Assembly: GCA_951406725.2 (NCBI GenBank)
Contig: OX597817.1
Span: 97,526,001-97,590,000 of the forward strand
Source of the DNA: Octopus vulgaris
Taxonomy: Eukaryota
DNA length: 64,000 nucleotides
Direction of reading: 5' to 3'
Part shown: one piece after another, positions 13,310 through 27,622 of the stretch
Numbering within the stretch: position 1 is the stretch's first letter
Layout: every line of letters begins with the position of its first letter
Notes under the pieces: model-generated
What the model was told of the DNA's origin: nothing
Databases searched by the model: none
Seen by the model: only the letters and a program-made list of their open reading frames with translations
Position numbers and translations under genes: made by a program

Positions 13310-14445
13310 GAGAGTGGCTGCACAACTTCCTAAAGATAGAAGGCAGGCAGTGATGGCCAATGGAGCCACCTCCAAGGAAACACAAATAACAAGTGGTGCT
13401 CCATAGAGCACTGTCTTGGGACCACTGCTGTTCATAGTGGCCCTTTCAGACATGCCCTCAGTTGCTAAGATGGCCACACTTGCTAGCTATGCAGATGACA
13501 CAAAAGTCTCTCATACAATACAAAACCCTGGAAATATTGCACATCTGCAACGGGAGTTGGATACAACTGAGGACAACAACATGCAGTTTAATGCAGGGAA
13601 GTTCCAAGCCCTGCACTACCCGCACACAAAGGTGAACGACATGCAGACCGGATACACTGGCCTGGGAAGAATTGTAATTCCTGAGTCAAAATCAGTGCGT
13701 GACCTGGGCATTGACATGAGCAATGATGCATCTTTCCAAGTGCATATTGCCAATCTGGCAATAAAATGCAGACAGCTAGCTGGATGGATCCTCCGAACTT
13801 TCAGAACAAGAGAGAAGGAGACACTGATGGTCTATTGGAAGACATTCGTCCTCAGCCACTTGGACTACTGCTCCCAAATATGGTCAACACACAATATAAA
13901 GTTAACAGCAGAACTCAAAGCAATCTGACGAAGCTACCGTCTCAATGCAACATATCAGCTACTGGGAAAGACTGAAAGTATTAAAACTCTTCTCCCTGGA
14001 GCGAAGGCAGGAGAGATATGCAATGATATACATCTGGAAAATCCTGGAGGGTTTTGTCCTGAATTTTGGCATTGAAAGTTACCCCAACAGCAGAATGGGG
14101 CGCCACTGCATAGTGCCAAAGATCCCAACATCACCATCAAAATACAGAGCCAGATACTGCAACAGCTTGAATTTCAGGGGACCACAGCTTTTCAATATCC
14201 TTCCTAAATGCCTGAGAGACCTGGATGTGGGTTTCTTTAAAACTAAACTGGATCTCTTCTTGTCAGAGGTTCCAGATGAACCTACCTCTCGGCAGGAAAC
14301 ACAGATGCGGGCAGCGACATCGAACTCCCTTGTTGACCAAGTGCCACATATCAGAGGTGGTTTCACATACTAGTGTAGCTCATTCAACGGTGGTGCCCCA
14401 GCATGGCTGCAGCTTTCGGGCTGAAACATTTTTAAGGATTTAAGA

Positions 14446-14448
<3 letters not shown>
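13310..14448 (+). mobile_element. CR1/L2-group LINE 3' fragment
   Basis: LGPLLF...YADDTK, VRDLG, LDYCSQIW, YWERLKVLKLFSLERR motifs; tail tttaaggatttaagaattta. Confidence 0.85.
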
Positions 14449-14489
<41 letters not shown>

Positions 14490-14490
<1 letters not shown>

Positions 14491-14641
14491 ATGGGCTTCT
14501 TTCAGTTTCCATCTACCAAATCCACTCACAAGGCCCAAGGTTATAGTAGAAGACACTTGCCCAAGGTGCCACACAGTGGAACTGAACCTAGAACAATGTG
14601 GTTGGGAAGTAAGCTTCTTTCCATGCAGCCACTCCTGCGCG
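14490..14641 (-). mobile_element. CORE-type tRNA SINE (OR-like); degenerate copy also at ~21100-21250
   Basis: Minus strand gcgcaggagtggctg...ggttcagttccactgtgtggcaccttgggcaagtgtcttct (tRNA head plus CORE-like ccttgggcaagt). Confidence 0.75.
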
Positions 14642-14662
14642 TATATATGAGTGTGTGTGTGT

Positions 14663-15559
14663 GTGTGGTCTGATCAATGAGTATCTGGGCTGTTGCCACA
14701 GTAATGAAGCTAAAACACACAGAGTGAAGCCACTTGGCACAGATTGACTTTGAACTCTGCTGTGCATGCACACTAAGTTTTAACATTCTAGCTTACTTCT
14801 ACTGTTCACAGCAGTGCTTGGAAGGAAGGTGTGTAGAATGTGATTGTTGCATTGACCATTACAGAGAAAGTCGAGCAGAGAATCTGCATCAAATTTACCA
14901 AAAGCTTGGCAATACCTGCTCAGAGGCCTATGCAAACTTTTCAAAAAGTTTGCGTTGTTCTCAACACAATCAAGGACATCTTGTGCAACTGAAACATGAG
15001 TGTCTTTTTGGTCAGCTGAAGGCAGTTTTGGCACAAACTTGGCAGACACGCGTCTCATACCCAAATATTCAGTGATAATGGATTGAACTGAACCATAACT
15101 AATCTGCACATCCTCTGATAACTCACAGATGGTGATTCAACAGTTTCTCCTCACAGCTGCATGCATATCTGTGATGTTTTACTCAGTTCTGCTATTTGTG
15201 GGTCTCCCAGAATGTTTGTCAATATCAACATTTTTTCAGCCATCTTGGAAACATCCGAACCATTCGTACACTTGTGTGTAGCTCATACACTCCTCTCCAT
15301 ACACTTTCTGCAACTTTGCATAGGCCTCTGAGTAGATATCGTCACGACAACTTTCTCTGTTATGGTCAATGCAGCAATCACACACTGCACATGTTCCTCT
15401 CAAGCACTGCTGTAAACAGCAGAAGTGAGCTAGAATGTTAAAACTTAGTGAGCATGCACAGCAGAGTTCAAGGTCAATCTTTGCCATGCAGCATCACTCT
15501 GCATGCTTTATCATCATTACTATGGCAACAGTCTAGATACTTATTGATCAGACCTCGTA
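14663..15559 (-). mobile_element. Non-autonomous mariner derivative with long (~270 bp) inverted arms
   Basis: ggtctgatcaa...ttgatcagacctcg+TA termini; 14663-14940 is the inverted counterpart of ~15300-15557; internal mariner HTH remnants (LQKVYGEECMSYTQVYEW; LGMRRVSAKFVP). Confidence 0.8.
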
Positions 15560-15560
15560 C

Positions 15561-15591
<31 letters not shown>

Positions 15592-15599
15592 CATACATA

Positions 15600-17232
15600 T
15601 AACAGAGGTGAGGACTGAAATCTTTCAAAGATATGTCAAACATCCATGTCCGCCGGTACAGTTCAAGTAAAGAATATATATAAAAATATATATTCAGAAT
15701 TTGCCAAAACAATAAATGAAGTATAAGGAAACAAAAAAATTGTAGGTGTTGATGATCTTTAATTCATAATCCAAGTTGGTACAGATCCAATATAAATTCT
15801 ACAAATTGTTTTGGAGTCTAATTTATTCTTGGAATAAAATTAGATTCTTTGTCAGAAATTACATATTGGTATGAATAATTACAACCAACAAAAATATAAA
15901 AAGACCTTTCATAGCCCAGACGGGAACGAAAAAATAAAATAGAATGAAAAATAACTAGAATGCCAGACCATTCAAAACCAGAAAAATATATATAAAAAAA
16001 CCACTCCAGTATTTTATTAATGTTACAATTTACAATATGTAAATATCTAGTAAAGACAAATAAATTTAATGAAACAAAAATTAGCTACAAAAATAATAGG
16101 GTTGTCTTAATTAAAAATTAATAACTACAAACTGATATATTATCCACTACAGAGTAATAAATGTCCAAATTCTAAGTTAATAAGGTAATATCAAATGAAA
16201 AGAAAAAGCAATTTTTTGTTTATAAAATAGTCACCTACAAGTAAAACAGTAGAAAGAGAAAGAGTAGTATCAGTGAAGGAAGAGGAGAGAAAATAGTAAT
16301 ACAGTGAAGGAGAGGTAGTGAGAATAATAGCCATGACTGAAAGAGTAAGAGAAAGTAGTAGCCATTTGAGAAGGAAGAATGTTGAGTGTATCCTCTGTTC
16401 TCAACATATGAATGAGAAAGGAAGGGGCGAATAGAATAATAAAGAAGGAAGGGGGTGAAAAACAGCCATTCAACTCTGTGTGAGTATATGTGTATATGTG
16501 TGTGTGTGTGTATGAAAAAGGGAGGTATGTGAATGTTTGTGTGTGTGTGCATAATGGAAATAGGATGGTGAACATACAATGCTGAAAATAAAAACTAACA
16601 GCATTCCAATTCTGTTTGTGTGTATGTGTGTGCCTGGGAAGTATGTGAATGGTTGTATCTGTGATTATTTTGTACCTCATTTAGTACCTTATTTAAATAA
16701 CAATTAGCCATCATTATAAATGGTACAGGGTCAGCTAAAAAATAAATAGAAATATCAAAAAGGTTGTAAGATAATTAAATGAGTTAAAAGTAAAAATCCA
16801 CTGTCTCACAATCACAGATGAACCAAAATTAAAACACTCACAATATCTTAAAATATTAAAAAAAAAAACGTGAGAGGAACCAACTTGAGTAGTAAATACA
16901 AATGGTGAAACATTATCAAACTCTCAAAAACCACTAAATCAAAATAAAACCATATAGAATAAAACACCTGTAATAGGCATCCTTATTTAAAATTTTTAAA
17001 CACACATTTATTCCTATGAACAGAGAAAAAACCCCTTTCAGATTTAGAGTTTAGCAGCCTTCTAGAAAATAAAACCAAAAATAATTCCTCAGAACAAAGA
17101 GAGCAGGACCTAGTTTTGTCTTTGGAATTAATTAGACTCTGAAACAATTTGTAGAATTTATATTGGATCTGTACCAATCTGAATTATAAATTAAAGATCG
17201 TCTACACCTACAATTTTTTCCTTTCCTTAAAG

Positions 17233-17236
<4 letters not shown>
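15600..17236. repeat. Unclassified ~1.6-kb element with ~120-bp subterminal inverted repeats, flanked by (TA)n
   Basis: 15715-15825 (ttgtaggtg...gtacagatccaatataaattctacaaattg) is the reverse complement of ~17128-17236. Confidence 0.6.
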
Positions 17237-17282
<46 letters not shown>

Positions 17283-17694
17283 TCATCATCAACATCATTT
17301 AACATCCGCCTTCCATGCTGGCATGGGTTGGACAGTTTGACAAGAATAGGTCAAGGTAGGAGCCTACACCAGACTTCTGTGTCTATTTTGGCAGGACGGC
17401 TGGATGTCCTTCCTAACACCAATCACCTAGCAGAGTGGACTCCTGGCCATAACAGGATATATAGATATATCTTGAATGGGATTAGGAGCGAGTCATCTTG
17501 CTTAACACCCAGTGCTTTGAGGGAATCATCCCCACTGTGTTAACTGCAGGGCACTTGCAAACAAGCAAAAACACATACATTGAGTGCGTGCAGTCAATAA
17601 TGTTTACAAAACTAGTGCTGCTTCTAATTCATAACTGAATATATATATATATATAAAACAGTATATCTGACAACATAGAAAGAAAGTAACTTAC

Positions 17695-17809
17695 CAGTGT
17701 GATAAAGTTTTTGGGTAAATCATAATGTAGAACGAGATCAGTCAACAAAACATGGCCCCTTTCTTGTAACTTCTCATCGATCTCTTCTGCTATATATTCT
17801 TTGTAATTA
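17695..17809 (-). CDS. UFL1: UFL1 coding exon 4
   Basis: ccaag|T...CTG|gtaagt. NYKEYIAEEIDEKLQERGHVLLTDLVLHYDLPKNFITL matches UFL1 [20 protein letters not shown]...YDLPGNFL. Confidence 0.93.
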
Positions 17810-18172
17810 CTTGGAAATTTTACATTTAAAAATTAAAAAAAGAAAATGAAATTAAACAATCAATATATGCATATTGACAATGAAAATAATTGCATTTAGT
17901 ACTTGAATTATTGTAGATAATAAATATTTACTGATAAAGGTTAAAATATTGAAAAGTGGGAGAGAGAGAGAGGATGGGTTTTTGGGACTAAATTTAAACA
18001 CAGGCTGTACTGTAAGCCAAATGAAAAACTTAGGTAGATACACAAACAGCCTTACCACCCACCTATCATCTTTAAAAATTTTATTACTAATATTAGTAAT
18101 GGGATATCTAACCTTTCTTCCTCTAAAATAAGGCAGCCTTCTATCAAAATAGTGCACTAGTCAATAGTAGCT

Positions 18173-19348
18173 TTAACCCTTTTGTTACCAAACCGCCCAA
18201 AGCCACCCGAAAAAAATGTTGGTTCATGTGACCAAGCCGCCCAAAACCGCCCGTAATTACCTATTCATATTTAAATGAGAATATCAGAGCAAATCTCATT
18301 AGTATATTCCTGAAAACACGTGATTATACTTCATAAACAGTTCATCTACAGTTTTGTATAACGATTGATGTGTAATTTTAATTCCCTGAATTTTGGGAGA
18401 TTTTTTTCCACATTTTTGTCGGCATCAATTTTTCTTCAACTTTGAAAATGGATAGGAGTTTCATGTTATCAAGCATTGATTCCGAATTTAAAGCTTTTTC
18501 AACAGAAAATAGGGAGATATCGAGAAAAATAATCAAATAGGTACAGAAGCACGTGGTGTACAAAATAATAAGATATTTTTTTATCCATTAACTGAAAGCA
18601 GCGATTCCGAAGAAACAAATCGGCAATGGCGACAGCAAAGACGATTTTACATCGGAATGAAGTAAAAAAACTTTAAAAATGTTTTTATTAGCAATTTTTC
18701 CGAGGAGATAGAGTTTATCTATAGTCTTTCTTAGGAAGCGAAACCGTTAGACTTTTATTTGTTTCAGTATGCTTGTTTGAAGCGATCACTTCGGAAACAA
18801 ATTTACGCAGATTGTAAACAAACACAAAATGGGGGATCAAAGTTTGGAAAATTTGTGAAGCAAATACTGGGTACTGTTGTGAATTTAATTTTTATACAGG
18901 GAAACTAATGTTAGTCAGCATGGCTTAGGGTATAATGTGGTCTGGAAGTTATTGTTTGAAGCAATCAATGCGGAAACAAATTTACGTAGATTGTCAACAA
19001 ACACAAAATGGGGGATCAAATTTCGGAAAATTTGTGAAGCAAATACTGGGTACTGTTGTGGATTTAGTTTTTATACAGGGAAAATAATGTTAGTCAGCAT
19101 GGCCTAGGGAACGATGTGGTCTGGAATTTATCACTTCCATACCATAACCAGGGCCGTATATTATTTTTTGACCGATTTCTTTAGTTCGGTCAAACTTGCG
19201 GTGGATTCCAGTATTTCACTTTATTCCACCTTTATGGTACACCTGTTGTGCATTAAATTCAACTGATGATCTAGTGATGTGCACAATTCTTCTTTATCAA
19301 AATTTTGTTGCATACCCATTTGAATATTAGCTGATGATTCATTTTCTA
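18173..19348 (+). mobile_element. piggyBac-derived element, right end missing
   Basis: TTAA-CCCTTTTGTTACC left end; body closely matches 8820-9620; internal ~180-bp tandem duplication. Confidence 0.8.
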
Positions 19349-19988
19349 TGGTTATTTTGTGAAAGTTTCCTACAGCTGGAATGCTAACATGAAAATCCTC
19401 ATTTCTTTTAAGTTAACTAAGGTGCTAATTCCAGACTGCAACTTCAGGAACCCAGATACTTTTCAAAGAGACCAGGCATGCATAGTTACCTCATGTCTAT
19501 TCTTTCAAATACAGAGACTAAAAGAAAAAAATACATCTTTAAAAATTTCTTATCTTGAGTTTAGGTCAGTGCAGTTCTGTGTGAAAATGACCTCTGAAAG
19601 AGATATACCAAACACCAGTCTTCTTTCTAGCATGGAACCTGAAGATTTGCAATATATTACACACCATCAAGTAATGAATGTAAAGAGATTAAGGATATTC
19701 ATTATTGGATCAAAAAAAGTGCAGGCTCTGCATGAATAAAAGAACACACATTCTTATATTGAAGAACTGCACTGATCTTCTAAACAAGAGATTTACATTG
19801 AATAGCTCCCAGAACTGGTTGGAATTAAATGTAAAAATATTCAAAATATCTAAATGAAATGCATCTGTTATTTGTCTTTTAATTTAACTGGAAAGATTAC
19901 AACACTTATTTTAACTTTATTGTTCCTTTCCATCCATTTTTATCCACGTGTGTGCATGTAATTAGTTAATACTTAAATAATGACCTAC

Positions 19989-20115
19989 CTATTTATCAAC
20001 TGACCTAATACAAAACTTAGACCAGGTGTTGTTTTGATTAATTCATTCACTCGACTTTCTATATGAGAGAAGTCAACACAAAGAATGTTCTTCAAATCTG
20101 TAAGATTGATCCGAC
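19989..20115 (-). CDS. UFL1: UFL1 coding exon 3
   Basis: ttcag|GT...AG|gtaggt. GRINLTDLKNILCVDFSHIESRVNELIKTTPGLSFVLGQLIN matches UFL1 [20 protein letters not shown]...LVLGQLID; phases consistent. Confidence 0.93.
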
Positions 20116-21511
20116 CTGAATAATGCAAGGAAACAAAATATAAACAAAATAGTAAGCATTTTAATACTTCCTACATTATATATGTTGACATCAATTTACC
20201 TCTCTGCCTGTTATCTGTTTAATACTTCCTACATTAAATATGTTTACATTAACATATCGTTGTCTGCTTATATGTCTCTCTAACTTACCACACATCTATT
20301 TCTAGTTAACACATTCAGTGTTCTTTTCTATTAAAAATATCACCTCTACCTCAACTCAACCAGTTTAGTTATTATGACCTATAACCAAAAAAAAAAAACA
20401 GTAACATTTACACGCCGTCCTTTTTTTGTTTTTAACAAAACAGAAAGACTTTTAAAAGCAGAATATCAACTGTGTCATCAACAAATATATGTTTAAGAAG
20501 TTTCACAATGTAGTTCCAGGTTCAATTCCATAACACAGCACCCCCGGCAGGTATCTTGTACAATTGTCTAATGGTACTCAATAACTTGTGAGAGGAATCT
20601 GGTAGATAAAAGTTGTGTAGAATGATATTATAAATAAATATCATAAATATATATATTTGTATGTATAGTTTTTGCTGATATATATCAGCAAAGGATACAA
20701 ACACTAGCATGGAAAAAAGCAGAACTTTACAAACCAAATACCTTGAGATATAGACTGAGTTAAAGACACTCCTTTATCATTGTTGTCATTAGAAATGCAA
20801 TGAATTGGTTCACTGGAAATTTGTAACAAATGATCCTATTGGTCACCCATTATGATCATTCTCAATGCCCACTTTTCAGTGCTAGAATGGGTCAAATGGA
20901 ATTTGTTGAAGCAGATTTTCTACAGCCAGATGTCCTTACTGTTTCCAACCTCACCTGTTCCAAGTAAGGTAGTATTTTCCCTGACCAGACATGTTTTACA
21001 TGGAACACTTGAAGCAAGCAACATTGCTTGTATGAAATTGATGCTTGTTTATAATCATATCAAAACAAAGGTACATACAAAACACACACACACGTATGAC
21101 ACGCTTTTTTTCTGTTTCTGTTTACCACATATACTCACAAGGTTTGGTCAGCCCAGTGCTCTAGTGAAAGACATTTATCCAAGGTGCAATGCAGTGAAAC
21201 TGAATCGAAACTACATAGTAGAGGGGAAGCTTCTCAACCACAAAGCCATACTACACATCAAATAAACATATTTAGCAATGGTACTGCCCCTCATCAAAAA
21301 TAAGCCTCTTTAACTATGGTATTGCTCTTCATTAATAATAAGTCTCTTTAACTAGGTCACTGCACTTCATCAAAATAAAGAAGATTAAACAACATAGATA
21401 TGGAGAGAAAAGGGATATTAAATGCTAATTAACAAGAATAAATGGCGAAATATGTTGAAATATCATCCTTCTTATTGTAGTAAACCACAAGTAAACAAAT
21501 TTCTTTTTTAC

Positions 21512-21657
21512 CTCCATGAACATACAACTCGTCCAGTATTTCTTTGTCAAGATGTTGTAAAGTTAGATATTCCTTGCCATCTGTGGTGTATATCACATCA
21601 ATAAGTTTCAGTTCAAGTAGCTTTGATACTACTTCAACAACATTTTTCTCTGATAAC
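21512..21657 (-). CDS. UFL1: UFL1 coding exon 2
   Basis: tttcag|G...G|gtaaaa. [48 protein letters not shown] matches UFL1 LSERNCIEIVNKL...TLDGKEYIT...DELHVRGG. Confidence 0.95.
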
Positions 21658-24600
21658 CTGAAATATAAACGACAATATATGAAAGCCTTCACTTTAACAT
21701 AAAGACTATGAAACTGCACATATTTTCTAAAGATCACTGCTTAAATAATTAATCACAATAACAGAAACTCCTACATAACATTGTTTGTATCTCCAGAAAA
21801 TACTTTAGTCTCCAACTACTAATTCCCTACAAAACTCAAGGATGAGACCCACAATGGAATGCTGTTCCCATAACTAAATGCAGATACACACAGACACCAT
21901 AGAACACCTCCATACAAAGGCTACTCCACAACTGACAGGAAGTTACTCACCAACATACTTCAATCTATCCCACAGACAAGCTGTCTATTCTCTGTTTTTT
22001 CTACTGCTACTATAGTGATCTCTGCTATTTTTAGCTACCTGGTCTTGCACTACCTCCACTCAAGGATATCAAATTCAGCTGTCTCTCTGAGGCTCCACAG
22101 TAACCCATACAATCAGCCTTTCCTCTCCAAATTGTCAGCTGTCTGGAATTTCCACCCTGCTCCCAACTTATAAATGTTCAAGAACATTAACAACATCAGT
22201 CTCAATAGTTTCAAAAAGTTTGTGAAGACCATCAGCACAGACTCTTCCTTAAGAGAAAACCAATAAAAAACATAGTTGCTATCTAACCAGACACTTACTG
22301 AAAGTAACACATTCTCTAGTTATTCAGATTGGTCCTCTTCCTCTCAAATTATCAGAGGTAGCCTCAAATAATAGAAATGGGCTCAAACTAATTTGAGGCA
22401 ATCTCAAGCTACAATTAACAATGTAGAAAATGATGACTCTTAAAGAGTAAGTAAGAATCTTAATAATCATTAGTGAGTAGGCTTTCCAACTCTAAAAGCT
22501 GTTGTCCATATTTGTAAAACTATATCATCTCATAGAAGCTTGTATGAAAATAGATTTTAGAGAGTAAACATTGTATAGTAAGGAGAACAAGCAGTCATGT
22601 GTCTTGCTCATGAGACACTGAACAGCAATTGCAAAAGTTTTAAACTTTTGACTATGTTGTTAATTAGTGGTTCAGCTATTCACAGCTGTTGTGCTTCATA
22701 AATATTTAATTGAACAACTTTCAAATTTATATCTTAAATTAGAATCAACATGGGATTTATGCTGTTTTCCTCTTGAAAATGTTGAAGATACCTCAAATTG
22801 TCAGTTTGAACTCTTGGCCGCATATTCCAGACTTTTAGGAGAATACACTAGAATTGATTCAGGATTATAGTAATTTTTTTTTATGTTTCAGACATTGGGC
22901 TGTGACCAATTTGTTGCACCATGTTCAAGGGTTGAATACAAAAGTCATTACTACTGATTCTGGAAGGATGAAAGATAAAGCTGACCTAGGCAGAATTTGA
23001 ACACAGAAAATATTTTATCTGACACTGTAATGATTTTGCTATTCACTGCAACAGATATACTGCTTGGATTTGAACCTAGTATTTACTGTTTGTCAGCTAC
23101 AATACAGAGCATATGTTACCAAATACTATATATATATGTATCATATTATCTTGTTTTACTGACTACAATATTAACATATTGTGTAACTGACTATAAAATA
23201 GAATATCGTGTATTAGCATATTTTGTTACTGACAACACTATAGGAACATCAGATATTAACATATTTGGCATACTTTCACTACAAGAGATTTTGGCCATGA
23301 GCTTTTCCAGAGATTGAGACTGGGAGAGGAATATATTCTAAGATCAGAGAACTACTTTGAATGCTTGCAACAGAGTGGGCTCTGTTAAGAGCAACTGAGA
23401 GAAAGCTGGGTGTTAACCTGAGCAATAATGGAATAAACATCATCAACTAAAACAGTCAAGATCATGTCTTTTCTAATGTAATCTAGTGAGGTTAGATGTA
23501 CTTTCACAAAATTTTCATCTACCAAACATCATTGAAGTCTTTGGTCAACTAGAGGCCATGGAAAAGTACTCTCTGTTGAACAACTGACCACCCCAAACGA
23601 TAAATAAGTTGCTGACATACTTAAGATTGGCTTCAACAACAATGAACAATTTATCACAAGGATCAAATTAAAACCATTTGGGATGTTGAACTTGAGAATG
23701 ATGAAGGATTATTGTATGTTCACAATTCTGGTAATTATGGGCAGTATATATAGCTGTCTCACACCCAAGAGGTGTACTAACATATATCTGAATAAACAAC
23801 AACTGATCAGAAAGAGGTCTCACATATGATTTCAAAACAAGCTTAACACCCCACCCCCACCAAAATGAAAAAATGGTGCTAAACCTGACTATAATCAAAT
23901 TAGTTGAGAAGAAAACAGGTCTGAGTGTAGGAGGCCTCTTGAGAGATTACATTGATAAAAGATGAAAGTGAAACAAATGTGAAAATCAATGCCTGCTTCC
24001 TGTGCTAAAATGAAAAAAAGAAGGCATTGGAGGGGTGATGCATACCCTGTGCACACACAAGGGTATGAAATGTAATTTAATAAATATATTCTCAGACAAA
24101 TTCATATTTCAGCAAAATGACATCAAAAGTTATTTGCCCTGCATATCATTTATGCATATGTAACAAAGAAAAAAAACATTTTGATTCACCCATCTGCCAA
24201 AATTTAATGAGTTCAAGCCACTCATTCAATGAGTATTTCTGCCAAATTTGGTGAAAATTCGTTCAGCTGTTTTCCAGTAATTTTGCAAACACACAGAAAA
24301 ACAAAGATAAGTGACTACAATACCCTACTTTTGCTTTCATGTGCAGGGTAAAAAGAAAAAACAAGCATCCTTGAAATGTTGTGGACAACTAGAGTTTCGA
24401 CACATGGCTAAGCATTCTTTCATAGCCAATTAGTTTCAAATTTAGAGCTTTTGAGGATAACTTTCATATTGGAGTGTAATTCTTAAGGGGAGACCTTTCA
24501 TATATATAATAAACTAAATCAACAAGATCAAATAAATGGATGTTTTCAACTGTTTCTGGAGAACTGAAGTCAAGAACTGACCTTCTAATTCAGTGGATAT

Positions 24601-25441
24601 TTCCTGAGTAATCTATAAAAAAGTCAGAAGCAATGGCCAGGGAATACTGAATTTAAAGAGTAAATACCATTTAATAGTTTCAGTGACAGCTTGTGTATAG
24701 GCACTGCAGAAATGCAGTATCCCCTATTTCCACTTGACATTATTGATAACATTCAATATAATGAGTCTTTTTTCTTTATACTTCTACATTATATAATCTT
24801 TAAGCATAATGTCAGTAGCCATCCCCTAGTTTAAGAAAAAAATACAAAAATCCTCGTACAGAACTGTGTGCTTCACAGTTCCAGCGATGTGGTGTTTGGC
24901 TGTTGTGCGCATGTTCACATGTCTGAGATAGGAAGCTTCACACTAGGGAGAGAGAGCACTGTGGTTCATGTAGTGCCCTAGTGTGCTGGTGAAAGGTAGT
25001 GTTTCCTTTTGACTCCGCAAGTGTTGTGCTTAAAAATGTGTTTATATTCTTGAATGTGATAAAGCGGAGAATTAGATTATTATCCTGCTTCCAGCTAGTG
25101 TTGCTGCCAGGATTTGAAAAATAGGGCACATTTCATCCCCTTATTTTGTGATTTGGGGGGATTTTTGAAAAACAAGGGGGAATTCGCAGTGGTGTTCAGT
25201 GAACAAATTAAATACACCACCCAGCAGTGGCTAAAACACGAACTAATCAAGTTTATGCATAAATTTTCTTTTTACATGTTTGTTTTCTTTTACACAATAT
25301 TAAAACAACGGCTAAAAATTTTCTGAAATAGCACCCCGACTAATTTCATCTACGAGCCACCACTGAACAGTTTGGTGAGCGATTGAACAAACTGAGCTGA
25401 AGTACCATGTAGAATTTTAAGAATTACATGTTTGATCTGCT

Positions 25442-26520
25442 TTAACCCTTTCGTTACCAAACCGCCCAAAGCCGCCCGAAAAAAATTTTGGTTTATGAAA
25501 CCAAACCGCCCGAATTTACCTATTCATAGTTAAATGAGAATATCAGAGCAAATCTCTTCAGTACATTCGTGAAAACACGTATTATACTTCCTAAACAGTT
25601 CAACTACAGTTTTGTACAATAATCGAAGTGTAATTTTAATTCCGTGAATTTTGGGAGATTTTTTTCCGAAATTTGTTCCTATTGTGTTTTCAAAATTTGT
25701 AATTCTGACAAAAAATGGATACGAATTTCATTATATCAAGCAGCGAGTCAGAATTCGAAGGATTTTCTACTGAAGACCTTCATAAATCTAACTCTATGAC
25801 TGAAAAAAAAAGCACATGGTATTTGATAATGAATTTGATGTTTCATTTTCCGAAAGTGAAAACAGTGAATCTGAGATCTCCGATAGCGATAAAGAAAACG
25901 AATTGGCACCTGAATGGAGTGAAAATTTAAAAACTGTTTCTTTCGGTGATTTTTCTGCAGAAACTGGACCAAGCCACAGACTTTCCCAGAAGGGTAAAGC
26001 CTTAGGCTATTTCTATTTACTTTTTTGAATGAGCGTATTTGAAATCATTACAGCGAAAACGAACCGTTACGCTAAACGTAAACAAAACGAAAGAAAGGAT
26101 AGTTTGTTATTTCCCACAACCTTAAATGAAATTAAGGCCTATTTTGCCATAAATATTATTATGGGTATCAGAAAGTTACCCAGAATAACAAATTCTATCG
26201 TAAAATTTTGTTGTATACCCAATTGAATATTAGCTAATATTTTCTATAGCGATGTTTGAACAAAATTTTAATAATTTTATATTTTGTGGAATTTACCTGT
26301 ATCTACCTGCAAATAGAGTCACTTTGTGACAAAAATTATAGTATAGAATTGGTTGAGAATATTTCATTAAATTATCTTCCAAAAATCAGATTAATATATC
26401 AATAGATAAAAAAGTTATAGTTGTTTAATGAAACCAGACTAAATTTATGATTACGTTAAAAATTAATTGAAACACATAAGGGGTGTAATTTGGTCAGAAA
26501 TATAGTAACGAAAGGGTTAA
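25442..26520 (+). mobile_element. Internally deleted piggyBac element
   Basis: TTAA-CCCTTTCGTTAC...GTAACGAAAGGG-TTAA perfect termini. Transposase N-terminal remnants: acidic tract, TNRYA, EIKAYFAINIIMGIRKLP. Confidence 0.92.
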
Positions 26521-27622
26521 GTAGTGCAAAAATTACAAAAACACATTCACTGACTAAGCAATCCCTGACTTGAGATGATTGGTGAATAGTTACTGACTAA
26601 GATAGAAAATGAAACCTCATTTGGTGTATTTGTATGGGCTGGCATGGAGAGTAAAAGAAAGATTTTCCTGTTTGATCACATCATTGCCCAAAGTGACTTT
26701 AGTACAGAATAAGGAAATCAACATTGGTATGAGTGGCATCCAACTGATGAAGCAGTACTGATATCAAAAGCATGAAGTGTAGCAATGATGACGAGAAACT
26801 TGATTGCGACAAACTTGCCACAACTTCAAAAACAAAAATTGCAATAAACATCATGGGAAGAATATTCTATTTGAGAGTTGTAGTAGTAACGTTACTTGAC
26901 AGGGTGTGTAGCTTGGAGATCAGGGCGTTTCAGAGGTTGAGCTGCAACTTCTCCACATTGAGAGGCACAGCTACAGTACTATAGACGTGTGATTAGAATG
27001 TCATAGGAAAGAATTGCAAGATGGATTCTTCAAGCTGACCTAACCGGCAAGGGACCTATGGGTTGACCAAAAAAGAGATGGTAGGATAATATTCATATCC
27101 TCACTTGGTCACAGTTGGAAAGTCTACTGTCAATTGCTTTGGTTAATGTTTACCGAAAACAAAATCAAAAAGAAAAAAATAGTGCAACGGGTGTAAAAAA
27201 ATGTGTAGAAAACAAATATGAAAACAAAAATGCACAGAAAGCAATGGGGCGGGATTTAGGAAAATTCACAAGATCCAAGATTTTCTTTTATAGCTTTTAG
27301 GAAAATGGGTTTTTTTTAAATGAAATTTTATATAAATACCTTTCAAATGGCATACATTTGGTTATAAAGAAATTTGTGGGTAAAATCATTTCCAAGGGAG
27401 TGAGGAGAGGACTTCAGAAAATTCACAAGATCCGAGGTCTTTGCCCACAACTTTGAGGGAAATAAATATCTTTTAATGAAATTGTATATAAATAATTTTT
27501 AAATGACATGCATTATGGATACCTAATGTGCTGTAAACCCTTTATTTTTGTTCGGAAGAAAAGGTGGGGCTCCCAAAAAATGCGTTTTTGAAGGTGAGGT
27601 GTGAAATTGTATTTGCCCCTTT

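Noticed and set aside
21429-21737. 102-aa ORF as a standalone gene
   Set aside because: Only 21512-21657 is coding (UFL1 exon 2); the rest is intron read-through.
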